Source: the human T2T-CHM13v2.0 reference genome, Homo sapiens. Taken from it: 64,000 nt of DNA. A model generated the notes under the pieces. That model was not told the origin of the DNA. It made no database searches and worked only from the letters and a program-made list of their open reading frames with translations. Where the stretch lies: assembly GCF_009914755.1 (NCBI RefSeq), contig NC_060932.1; one strand, given 5' to 3'. This document shows, piece after piece, positions 49,242 through 61,440 of this stretch; positions within the stretch are counted from its first letter, which is position 1; each line of letters opens with the position of its first letter. The position numbers and the translations under genes are program-made.

Positions 49242-52200
49242 CAACTTTTTAACAATAGCCATTCTGCCTCGTGTGAGGTGGTATCTCATGATGGTTTTAA
49301 TTTGCATCTCTCCAATGATTAGTGATGTTGAGCATTTTCTATATGTTTGCTTACCACATGCATGTTTTCTTTTGAGTAGTGTCTATTCATGTCTTTTGAC
49401 CACCTTTTAATCAGGTTTTTATTTTCTTGTTGATTTGTTTACGTCCTTTATAGATTCTGGATATTAGTTCTTTGTTATATGCATTCCCTAGGTTTCATTA
49501 GAAATTTTATAGTTTGAGGTCTTACATTTAAGTCTTTAATCCATCTTGAGTTAATTTTTGCCTAAAGTGAGAGGTAGGGAGCAGGTTTTATACTTCTGCA
49601 TCTGGTCAGCCAGTTTCCCAGCACCATTTAATAAATAGGGTATCTTTTCCACATTATTTATTTTTGTTGACTTTTCCAAAGATGGTTTGGTTGGAGAGTT
49701 GCTGCTTTGTTTCAGGGGTCTCTATTCTGTTCCATTTCTCTATCTGTCCGCTTTTGTATCAGTACCATGATGCTTTGATTACTGCAGTCGCGTAGTATAG
49801 TTTAATGTCAAATAATTTGATGCCTCTGGCTTTACACTTTTGGCATTAGATTGCCTCAGCTACTCAGACTCTGTTTTGATTCCATATAAATGTTAGGTTT
49901 TTTTTTTAATTCTGTAAAAACTGACATTATTAGTTTGATAAGAATAGTGTTGATTCTGTATATTGCTTTCAGCAGTATGAACATTTAACAATATTGATTC
50001 TTCCAATCCATTTGCATGAAATGATTTTTCATTTGTTTGTGTCAACTGTGATTTCTTTCAGCAGTGTTTGTTTTGTAGTTCTCCTCATAGAGATGTCGCA
50101 TCTCCTAGGTTAGATGTATTCCTAGGTACTTTTTTCTAGCTATTATGAATAGGATTGCATTCTTAATTGGGTTCTCAGCTTGAATATAACATTCAAGCTT
50201 ATAATAAGCTAATTACAAGTGATATACACTTATAACAAGTGTATAGAAATACCACTTATTTTTGTGAGCTGATTTTGTATCCTGAGACTTTGTTGAAATA
50301 ATTTATTAGATTTAGGAGTCTTTTGGTAGAACTTTTAGGATTTTCTAGGTATACAATCATATCATCAGTAAAGGGAGATAATTTGACTTTCTCTTTTCTT
50401 ATTTTGATGCTTCTATTTTTTTCTGTTTTCTGATTGCTCTGGCTGGGACTACCAGTAATATGTTGAATAGCAGTGGTGATATAGACATTCTTGTCTTGCT
50501 CCAGTTCTTAAGAGGAATGCTTCCAGCTTTTGTTCATTCAGTATGATGTTGGCTGTGGGTTAGTCATAAATGCCTCATTATTTTTAGGTATGTTCCTTCA
50601 ATGCCTGGTTTGTTGTGGGTTTAATCATGAAGGGATATTGGATTTTGTTTAATGTTTATTCCATGTCTATTGGGATGTTCCTATGATTTTTGTTTTTAAA
50701 TATGTTTATGTGGTGAATCACATTTATTAATTTGCATATGTTGAAATATCCTTGCATTTCAAGAATAAAGCCCACTTGATTATGGTGAATTAACTTTTTG
50801 ATGTGCTGTTGGATTCAGTTTGTCAGTATTTTTCAAAGATTTCTCCTGTGTTAATCTGAAATATTGGCCTGTAGTTTTCTTTTTGTTGTGTCTTTGACAG
50901 ATCTTGATATCATATGATACTGGTGTTGTTGAATGAATTAGGGAAGAGTCCTTCCTTCTCGATTTTGTTGAATAATATTAGTAGGACAGGTACCAACACT
51001 TCTTTGTACATCTGATAGAATTTGGCTGTGAATCCAGCTAATCCACAAGGCTTTTTTTGGCTGGTAGGTTTTTATTACTGATTCAATTTCATTATCATTA
51101 TTATTCTGTTTGAGATATCAGTTTCTTCCTAGTTTAATATTGGGAGGGGTTGTGTGCACCTAAGAATTGATCCATTTCCTTTAGATTTTCTAGTTTGTGT
51201 ACATAGAGGTACCTAGTAGGTCTCTGAGGATATTCTGTATTTCTGTGAAATCGACTGTGATGTCACCTTTGTCATGTCTGATTCTGCTTATTTGGATCTT
51301 CTCCTTTATTCTTTGTTAATCTAATTAGCTTCAGTCTATAAATCTTATTTATTCTTTCAAAAAACAGAGTTTTCATTTTATTTATCCTTTGTATTCTTTT
51401 GATACCAATTTCATTTAGTTCTGCTCTTATTTTAGTTATTTCTTTTATTCTGATAGTTTTGGGTTTAGTTCGTTCTCGTTTTTCTAGTTGCTTTAGGTGT
51501 GAGGTTAAGTTGTGAATTTGAGATCTTTCTACCTTCTTGATGTGGTCCTCTAGACCTATAACTTTCCTCTTAAGACTGCTTTTGCTGCATACTAGACAAT
51601 TTTGTAAGTTGTTTCTGTATTTGCATTTGTTTCAAATAAATTTTTCTGTCTCTGCTTTAATTTTGTTGTTTATGCAAAAATCACTCAGGAGTAAATTGTT
51701 TAGTTTCTACGTATTTGTGGTTTTGAAAGTTCCTCTTGTTATTGATTTCTATTGTCATTCCAGTAGAGTCTGAGAAGATGCTTGATATAATTTCAATTTT
51801 TCAAATTCGTTGAGACTTGCTTTATGACAGATCATGTGGTCAATTTTAAAGAATGTTCCATGTGCAGACAGGAAGAAGGTATATTCTGTGGTTGTTGGGT
51901 GGATTATTCTATAGATGCCTCTTAGGTCCAAATGGTCAAGTCTCAAATTAAAGTCCAGAATTTATTTGTTAGTATTCTGCCTTGATAATCTGTCTAATGC
52001 TGTTAGTGGGGTGTTAAAGTATCCCACTATTATTGCGTGCCTATCAAAGTCTTTTGTCTAGAGATAAGTGTTTTATGAATCTGTGTGCTTTGATGTTAGG
52101 TGTGTAAATATTCAGGAGAGTTAGGTCTTCTTGAATTGAACCCTGTATCATCATGTAATGCCCTTATTTGTCCTTTTTTTACTGTTGTTGGTTTAAATCC

Positions 52201-52593
52201 TATTTTATCTGATAGAGTAATAATGACCCCTGCTCTTTTTTGTTTTCCATTTGTCTGCTATGGAAAACAAAAGTAAATGGTTTTCCATTTCCATCTCTTT
52301 ACTTTGAGCCTTTGAGTATTATTACATGTGAGATGGGTCTCTTGAAGGTAGCAGAAGAATGGGTCTTGTTTTCTAAATACAATTTCCACTCTGTGTCTGT
52401 TAAGTGGAGTGTTTGGGCCATTTTATATTCAAGATCAATATTAACATGTGAGGTTTTGTTTCTGTCATGGTGTTGTTAGCTATGTGTTTTGTAGTCTTGA
52501 TGGTGTAGTTGCTTTACAGGGTCTCTGGGCTATGTGCTTGCATGTGCTTTTATGGTAGCAAGTATTGTTCTTTCATTTTCATGTTTAGAACTC

Positions 52594-52764
52594 TTAATCT
52601 CCTGGGATTGTGTCTGGCGAGTGCCCAGTATTCTGCCACCTTCAGAAGGAAGGGAAAGCAAACCTTCATGAAAGCAGAGGCATTCATTCCATTCCCAGCT
52701 TGCTCCAGATCTGGCAGTTGGAAGACATTCTGCAACAATGTCAAATCAGATGAACAAACAAAAA
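52594..52764 (+). other. 171-bp retroposed insert of unidentified origin
   Basis: Interrupts the L1 sequence ...ATGTTTAGAACTC|CCTTAAGCATCTC. TSD AGAACTC at 52587-52593 and 52765-52771. A-rich end AACAAACAAAAA. Confidence 0.8.
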
Positions 52765-52827
52765 AGAACTCCCTTAAGCATCTCTTACGGAGCCAGTCTG
52801 GTAGCGATAAATTCCCTTAACAATTGT

Positions 52828-53015
52828 TTCCCTGAATTTTATATAATTCCCTGAATTTTATATAATTATATAATTCCCTGAATTTTATATAAAATATGAA
52901 TTATATATATGAATTTTATATATATGAATTATATATATATTACATGCAATGAAATAATAATTATATATATGTATATATATTCCATTATTTCTGTCCCTCT
53001 AGAGAACCCAAATAC
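52828..53015 (+). repeat. Three copies of TTCCCTGAATTTTATATA decaying into (TA)n, then an MLT2 3' terminus
   Basis: Repeat copies start at 52828, 52847 and 52874. TTTCTGTCCCTCTAGAGAACCC.AATACA is the MLT2A/B end. Confidence 0.75.
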
Positions 53016-53284
53016 AGGTGTAAACATGATGTAAGATTGTCCAGGGAAAATTTTCTGAACTGTGATGTTGGACATGCCAGAGGAGACTTTTACTGGAAAG
53101 AATTTTTTAAAAAGTATTCCCTGGTAAACATAAATTGCCACCACTTTTGCTATTACATCAGCCAGGTCACTTCCATCAACACAATTATTATTATTACAGA
53201 GCCCTGATTTTCTTCTTTCACCACACTTTATAATTACTTACCTGTGCAATGTGTAGGACACCTTGAAGATGAGGGAAATTACAG

Positions 53285-53870
53285 ACTTACTCCTTCTGGT
53301 AATGGCATTATAGGTACTTTGTACCAACATTGCCACTGAGAACAACTAAAACTGCCAGATAAAATAAGGAGGGGAAAGGCCATGATGTTTGTGTACTCCT
53401 GGTAGAGAGCACAGAAGGTCAGCAGAGCACTAAAGGTCATTTTTTTAGGGGGTGGAGATAGGCCAAGGGCTTACTTTTAGCAGGCTCAGGAGGCCCCAGG
53501 ACAGAAATAAAGGCTGAGATAGTGCTCAGTGAGGAATGTAATTGAGGAAACACTGACACTTTATGCTGAGATCCTAATGGTTACATTTCAGAGTCAGTGT
53601 GAACCAGTTTCGATTTGTTTTACTCCTACTCCAAACCGGGAAATTGGGCAGCAAGCAGATTAGGGGATGAACAGTAAAGGAAGGCATCCTGGCCTGAGAA
53701 GTGTTGACCTTTGTGCCTGTGAAGTGCCATGCTTTCATGGATAGGTAAGCTGGGTACTCCTTATCCTGGTCATTCTGAGAAACACATTGCATGAAGTTCA
53801 TCAGAGGGAGTCTAAGAGTATGAAGCTCTCAGACACTTGGCAGATCTAAATGCAAATTCTCATATGGTAA
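53285..53870 (+). mobile_element. Ancient L1ME-type 5' UTR fragment
   Basis: CTTCTGGTAATGGC...CCACTGAGAACAACTAAAA.TGC.AGATAAAATA resembles L1MEc/g 5' ends. Confidence 0.45.
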
Positions 53871-54073
53871 GAGGAAAGAATGTTCAAAAAAATCTGTAAG
53901 AGTGTTTTCCTTTAGGAAGGAAAAGAATAGAAATAGGATGGAAGGAAAGCAATTGGTGTACCAACTTTATTATTCATAATATGTTGCTTGAATTAGAGAT
54001 TTTGATGAAAAATGAGCATTTATTCCTACTGGGTGGTGAAAAGATAGTAGTTTTTAAAATTAATCTTTAAGTA

Positions 54074-56336
54074 TGGGCATACCTTGGAGAAAACTGCTAG
54101 GTGAGTTCCAGATCATTGCAATGAAGTAAATTAAGTGACTCACGGGCATTTTCTTTGGTTTGCCACTGCATATGAAAGTTATGTTTACACTATACTGTAG
54201 CTTATTAAGTGCAATAGCATTATGTCTAAAACAATATGTAGGCCTTAGTTTAAAAAGACTTCAATGTTAAAAAATGCTAATAATCATGTGGGCTTCCAAT
54301 GAGACTAAACTTTTTGCTGGAGGAGGGTGTTGCTTCAATGTTGATGGCTTTTGACTGATCAGAATGGCAGTTGCTGAAGGTTGAGGTGGCTGTGGCAATT
54401 TATTTAAATAACACAACAATGAAGTTTGCTGTACTAGTTGACTCTTGCTTTCATAAAAGATTTCTCTAAAGCATGTGATGCTGTTTGATAGCATTTTATC
54501 CACAGTATAACTTCTTTCAAAATTGGAATCAACTCTTTCAAACCCTGCCACTGCTTTATCGACTAAGTTCATGTCATATTGTAAATCCTTTGTTGTCATT
54601 TCAGTAACATTTACAGCATCTTCACCAGGAGTAGATTCCATCTAATAACACACTTTCTTTGCTTGTTGACAAAAAGTGATTTCTCATTTATTAAAGTTTT
54701 ATCTTGAGATTGCAGCAATTCAGTGGCATCTTGAGGCTTCACTTCTATTTCCAGTTCTCTTGCTATTTCCACTGCATCTGCAGTTATTACCTCCACTGGA
54801 GTCTTGAATCCTCCATTTGCATCTAGGATGGCGAATTTTTTTCCAGAGGGTATTCAATTAACTTTACCCATATCCATCAGTGGCATCAGTATCTCTGGCA
54901 GATGTCATCATACAAAATATATTTCTTAACCAATAAGACTTGAAAGTCAAAATTACTCCTTGATCCATGGCTGCAAATGGATGCTATGTCAACAAATATG
55001 AAAAAGCATTAATCTCCTTGTACATGTCCATCAGAGTTCTTGGACAACCAAGGGGATTTTCAGTGAGCAGTAATATTTTAAAATAAATATATTTTTTCTG
55101 AGAATGCTGTAAACAGGTGTGATGTTTGTCAATCTATTTATAGAACACAAGCAGAGTAGCTTTAGAATAATGCTTAAAAGCCCTAGGATTTTCAGAATAA
55201 ATGAGCATTGGCATCAACCTCAAGTCACCAGCTGCATTAGCTCCTAACAAGATAATCAGACTGTACTTTGAAGCTTTGAAGTCAGGTACTGCCTTCTCTT
55301 TAGCTATCAAAGTCCTAGATGGCATCTTCTTCCAATAAAAGACTGCTTCATCTACATGGAAAATCTGTTGTTTAGTGTTGCCACCTTCATCGGTGATCTT
55401 AGCTGCATCTTCTGGATAACTTGCTGCAGTTCTATACCAGCACTTGCTGCTTCACCTTGCACCTTTGTGTTGTGGAGATTACTTCTTTCCTTATACATTA
55501 TGAACCAACTTCAGCTCATTTAAAACTTTAACTCTCCAGCTTTCTCACCTTTCTTAGCCTTGTAGAATTGAAGAGAGTTAGAGCCTTGCTCTGAGATAGG
55601 CTTTGGCTTAAGGGAATTTTGTGTCTGGTTTATCTTCTATCTAGACCACCAAAATGTTCTCCATATCAGCAATAAGGCTTTTTGCTTTCTAATCATTCAT
55701 GTGTTCACTGGAATAGCACTTTAAATTTCATGCAAGACCTCCCCCTTTGCATTCACGACTTAGTTAACTCTTTGGTCCAAGAGGCCTAGCTCTCAGCCTG
55801 TCTCAGCTTTCAACATGCCTTCCTCATTAAGCGTAATCATTTCTAGCTTTTTACTTAAAGTGACAGATGTGGGACTCTTCCTTTAACTTGAACACTTAGA
55901 GACAAATGCAAGGTTATCAACTGGCCTCATTTCAATATGGTTGTGTGTCAGGGAATAGGAAGGCCTGAGGAGAGGGAGACAGACGGACAAACAGTCAGTA
56001 GGTGGAGCAGTCAGAACACATGCATCTGTCAATCAAATTCACCATCTTATATGGGCGTGGTGTGTGGTGCCCAAAACAATTACAGTAGTTATGTCAAAGA
56101 TCACTGGTCACAGATCACCATAACAGACATACTAATAGAAAGCTTAAAATGTTGTGAGAATTACCAAAAGGTGACACTGATAACTAGACTGAGCACATGC
56201 TATTGGAAAAGTGGTGCCAGTAGATGTGCTGGACACATCTGGACACACTGAGGGTTGCCACAACCCTCAATTTGTCAAAAAATGCAATATCTGCAAAGTG
56301 TAATAAAGCAAAGAGCAATAAAATGAGGTAAGCCTG
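54074..56336 (-). mobile_element. Near-full-length Tigger1 DNA transposon, transposase disrupted
   Basis: Both TIRs present (..GGCATACCTTGG / ..GAGGTAAGCCTG) with flanking TA. Transposase peptides [31 protein letters not shown] (55134-55325) and [19 protein letters not shown] (54267-54641). Confidence 0.95.
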
Positions 56337-57019
56337 TATTTAGATTTTTGAAATTTTAATTATTAAAGTAACAATGCTGAGAGTGGGGGAGAAAGAAAAT
56401 GCTGTCCAAAAACATCAGAAACTTGTCTATTTCTTTTCCAGAAAAGATTCTAGTTCTTATGGAGGGTCTTAAAAGCTATATATCATGTAATATTAAAAGT
56501 AATGGCATTATTGATAACAACAACAATACAGCCAAAGGTAGTTTGTCAATTCTTAACACCTATTATCCCTTAATTGTGCAAAAATGTCTTCTTCTGGGCA
56601 GTGAGGTATTACCTCAATAGGAGAGTATACAAATTTGTTGTTGACAGTAGGAAATATTCTAAGATGGTGATAAGCTTTCAGGGTCTTTGCATGTCAGGAC
56701 TGCCAGAAACACTATTTCTCCAAAGATGAAGTACTGTGGTACTGAAAGTTCTGAGGAATAGTAGGTGAAGCATTCTGTAAAAAGACACTGAGTTACCCAT
56801 CTGTGGACTCCTCAGTGAATGCGGAATGAGCCAATTTCAACATGAATGGTTTCACCGTGAATTTATATGTTTATTCTAAAAACATGGGCTGTGCGGAGTA
56901 TTAAGTTGGAAGTCTATATTTATTTTGATTCTTTTTAGTACCTACCCGTGATGTTCACTTAAGTCTCATGAAATGGAAAGTCTGCTTTTAAACTTCTCTC
57001 CAATATAGCCACTTTTTTC

Positions 57020-58330
57020 ATCTAAATCACCATCATCTCTCAATTTATTGTGACAGCCTCCAAAACAATATGTTTCCAGGCTCAGCCTTATTTCTACTAA
57101 TATATTTTCCACATATAATTCAGTGTGGATACTGTGAAATCTGATCTCTCATTTTCCTGTTGCAAACTCTCCAAATGACTGTTGCTCTCAGGCTTAAGGC
57201 CAGGTATTTGCAGTGGTTTACAAGTTTATTGGGTACATAGATAAAGAGACAGACAAGAAAGGCTAGAGAAATTATTCAAAAATCTTAAAAAATCAGGACT
57301 TGGAGGGTGAGTAGGAGTTTTTCAAGGAGAATAAAAAATGATTATGAGCATTCTAGGCAAAAGAAACATTGTTTGCAAGAACTTGGAGACACGAGAGTAC
57401 TTGATATTTTCAGGGAAACATTGCAGAATAATAAAGTGTCTCCTGGGCAATGTTAGATACAGGGAAAGGTAAGTAAAATTTGTAATTTCTGTAATACAAA
57501 GTTTTGTGATTTTGATTACTATTTTGTCTTTGTGGAAGCCTAAATGTTCTTTGTGAGAACATATGAGTCACTGTGGATAACAAAATTAGCCTAAAGTGGA
57601 CATAGGTCTATTCCTTAATAAGGCATTTTCCACATTCCATCCTTTTTCAATGACACAGGAATTTTTTTTTGGTGGTCTAAGAGACACCATGGAGTTAGAA
57701 TACTGCTGATGACTGGTATTATTTGGATGTGACTAATGAATATGAGATTAGAATATAATTCCCAGGTATTGAGTTCAGGCAAAGATTGGCTATTAAATCT
57801 GAAAAGCCTATAAGCAATAGCTTATTTATTATTAGGAAATAATAAATATTGATGAGTGGGTGATACAGATATGAAAGCCATCAACCACATGTGGTAATTG
57901 GGGACTCAGCATGAAAAAAATTGTTTTATGCTCAGAGTAGTAAAAGGGGAAGCACTTGACGAGCATGCAATGATTAAAGGATCCTGTAAAAATGAATGAA
58001 ATAATGTAGTTGGAGAGAAAGAATATAGTTTAGGAGCAAATGATGCCATGGAGACCCAGAAAGGGGTGAATCCTATGAAAAGCTGACAAATGATCAAGAT
58101 GAGGATTGTTAGAAACTCAAATGCAATGAGTTAAGTAGGAATTATACATATATACATTTTGCATATTTTAAGCCTAGGTGGTATCATGAAGGAATTCTAA
58201 ATGTCTATAGAATGGTAGAGGGAAAACCCGTTGTCAAAGGAAATTTTTAGTGATGGGGACAAATTGGCTACAATTTCAAGCTGAGGGAATGAGAGTAAGA
58301 TAATTTAGATCAGTGGCTTTTGCTATTTTT
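57020..58330. mobile_element. Degenerate L2 fragments (plus-strand ~57020-57220, minus-strand beyond)
   Basis: CATCATCTCTC...ACAGCCTCC...AAACTCTCCAAATGACT, followed by purine-rich GCATTCTAGGCAAAAGAAACA..TGCAA. Confidence 0.45.
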
Positions 58331-58366
58331 ATGCTTTCTGAAAGTAGATATTATGAAGTATAATCT

Positions 58367-60199
58367 TGACTTCTGGTTCCAAAATGGCAGCATAAGTGTA
58401 GGCTGACTTCACTCACCATCTACAGCAAACCAAAACCAAATATATAGCATAAAAATTTTCAGCAGCAATGTACCAGGGCTCAAATATGAGGATGAATCAG
58501 TTCCTGGGACTACAGAGAAGGACAACAACAAAAAAAATACTTTGAGCATATTAAAGAGAATTGTATTTTTGTATTCACAATATGTCTCCCTGCAGCCGGC
58601 CCAGCACCAAGCACATGGAAAAATTACCCTGACTCATGGTTTCTACACTGGAAAAAGTGAGATCGAGGTGGACAACCAGCTTCCCTACCATCTTGGGTTT
58701 TTTTGGCAGATCTGTCCATGCCTCACCCATGAGAGACATTGCGAGTACAGGAATGAGGACATATGCCTGAGAACAGTTAGAGACAAAGGGGAGAAGTGAA
58801 ACTATTATCCCCAGCCTTGAAAACGCTGTTCCGTAACTCAGCCAAAATAGACATCAAATCATTGTGGGTGTTCAGCATCACCATGCTATAGGAGGTAAAT
58901 TACACAGATTTCCTAGTCATAAACCCCTAGCCAGCACTTCCATCCTCCTGGGATAACCTCTTTGGGAACTCCCCCATCCCTTCTGCTTTGATTGTTTGCT
59001 AAAGCAGGGACAAACCTGGGCTTTTGGTGCCATCTTGTACTGAAAAGGAGGCAGTGACCTAGAGAAAAAAATATATAAGAAATTAAGAAGGTAAATTATG
59101 AAGACTCTCTCAGCAAACATAAACATTTTAAAAAAGCCAGACAGAGAAAACTGCAATACAAAAGTAAGTATTCAGTGCAAAGACAGACAACATTCACAAG
59201 AAACAAGAGCAAACAGGAAACCATAACATCCCCAAACAGATAAAGTGAGGAACCAGTGGTTGACCATAATGAGTCAGCAATATGTGAGCACCTTGACCAA
59301 TAATTCAAAATAGCAGTTTAAAGGAAACAATGATCTCTAAGATAACATGCAAAAGCAATTTAAAAATTCATTAGAGAAATTTAACAGAGATTGAAATAAT
59401 AAAACAAACAAATTTTAGAACTAAGAAATATATTTGTTGAACTGAAAAGTTCATTAGAGGCTCTCAAAAGCACAATATATTAAGCAGAGGAAAATATCGA
59501 TGATCTTAAAGATAGTCTACTTGAAATTACACAGTCAATAGAGAAAAAAAATGAAGAAGCATAAAGATCACTTATAATTACCTGAAGAGACCAAACATAA
59601 GAATTATTGGTGTTCAAGAGAGTTGAAGAGGAGCAAGGGTAGAAAGCTTATTTAAAGAAATAATAACAGAAAACTTTCCAAAACTTGAAAAAGATACTAG
59701 GAACAGGAAGGTTAGAGAACACCAAACAGACATGACCCAAATAAGACCACCCCAAGGCATATAATAATCAAACTCTCAAGGGCAAGAACAAAGAGCAGAT
59801 CCTAGAAGCAGCAAGAGAAAAGAAGAGAATGACCTATAAAGGAACTCCAATTCATCTGGCAACAGACTTCTCAGTGCACACCATGCACCACACTTCTCAA
59901 CAGATGCCAAGAGGGAATGGAATGACATTTTCAAAGTGCTGAAAGAAAAAAAAATTGCCATTCGAAAATACTTTATCCACCAAAGCTATCTTTCAACTAT
60001 GAAGGAAAAGGAATTCACCATCACCAGATCCAACTTACAAGAAATGCTAAAGGGAGTTCTTCAATCTGAAAGAATAAAAAAAAAATGTACAAAAATGACA
60101 CACCAGAAGGTTTAAAACCCACTGGTAAAATTAAATACTAAGACAACCCAGAATATTCCAGTACTGTAATTGTGGCATGCAATCCACTTATAACACTAG
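58367..60199 (+). mobile_element. 5'-intact, 3'-truncated L1M2/M3-type element (5' UTR plus ORF1 only), no poly(A)
   Basis: Starts GACTTCTGGTTCCAAAATGGC. ORF1p motifs (TTPRHIIIKLS, EQILEAAREK, GTPIHLATDFS). Perfect 15-bp flanking repeat TATGAAGTATAATCT at 58352-58366 and 60200-60214. Confidence 0.85.
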
Positions 60200-60444
60200 T
60201 ATGAAGTATAATCTAATTAATACATCACAGTATATCATTCAAGCAATAATTCTGAAGTTGAGGAGTATAATTAGGTTGAAGGAAGAGCAGACTAACCAAG
60301 AATATATCCAGATGAGTTATACTGACTTAACCCCACCTCCACAGTCTCATAAGCCATGTACCCTCACACCCAATCCCAGTTACCAAAGGTAGCTACATGG
60401 CTCTCACCACCTATATTTTCTACAGCTTCCCACAAAAGATAAAT

Positions 60445-60498
60445 AATGTTAACTTACTGAATAACTTGTTGAATGTTAACTTACTGAATAACTTGTTG
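60445..60498. repeat. Perfect 27-bp tandem duplication
   Basis: AATGTTAACTTACTGAATAACTTGTTG x2. Confidence 0.95.
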
Positions 60499-60633
60499 AA
60501 TTAAAAAAACTGATACCCAGATTAAAAATAAAATTTTCTTGAAAGCTGAAAACAAACTATCCATTCTTTAATTGTAAAAAAAAAAGAACTGAAAAATTGA
60601 GATTTTTGGGGTGATTCTTGCTATTTGTTATTA

Positions 60634-60661
<28 letters not shown>
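60634..60661. repeat. (TA)n microsatellite
   Basis: ~13 uninterrupted AT units. Confidence 0.95.
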
Positions 60662-60665
<4 letters not shown>

Positions 60666-61159
60666 GCCTGAAAATTATAATATTTATTTAAAAAATTAAA
60701 AATTGTAGGCAGAGAAAATGTAGATTTTAACAGTTTCTATCACAAGTGCATATATTAAAAGATCATAATAAAACAAGTTTTTCTTTTAATCAGTCTGACT
60801 TTCTGAATATGATTTTGCCTTCCTTTATGATCTGTGGCATGAAAAAGCAGCTCTTAAGAACATGGAGACAGTCTCAGGCCCTGCACTTGACCAAGAGGGC
60901 ATGCTCCACACACCGCAGTGCAGTGTCCTTAGCTCTTCTAGCGCATCTCTTTGACTGCCTTTTTTTTTTTTTTTACATTTGAAACTAATGCTTATATCTC
61001 AAAGTGAACAGAAAATTAAAGGAACAAAAGAACCACTACTGTTTCTCTATTATTCCCTTGTACTTTAGGGAAAAGTTATATCTCAGTAATTCTCCCGAAT
61101 TATTATGTGTTTACACTTTCATTGAAAACATACATTTTTGAGAAAATAAATACCAAGAA

Positions 61160-61440
61160 TTTCCATGGTAGCATTTTTTTCGGCAACCCTCATGCTGAAA
61201 ATGTTTCTTTGTAATATCTAGGCCAAATTCCTTCTATTACAGATGAAGCTAATTTTCTTAAGTTCTATCCTTAGTGAAAATAGAGGGCGATCCACGCCCC
61301 CCTCCACCCTACCAATACAATACTCTTGAATACAATTTAATTTACCTTCAACTTCCCCTGCCCCACACAGATGGTTTCATTAACCTTTTTCCATAGAGGC
61401 TATTTAAGTCTTCTCGTCACTCTTATAAAGTTGAGTTTGA
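61160..61440 (-). mobile_element. L3/CR1 LINE fragment
   Basis: TAATATCTAGGCCAAATTCCTTC...GTTCTATCCTTAGTGAAAATAGAG...TTAACCTTTTTCCATAG resembles antisense L3. Confidence 0.55.

Noticed and set aside
52828-52930. CRISPR-like repeat array
   Set aside because: Repeats are adjacent without unique spacers, in eukaryotic DNA with no cas genes. It is a slippage repeat.
54267-55325. Transposase ORFs as a domesticated TIGD1-like gene
   Set aside because: Fragmented, with internal deletions, inside a TIR-bounded Tigger1 fossil.
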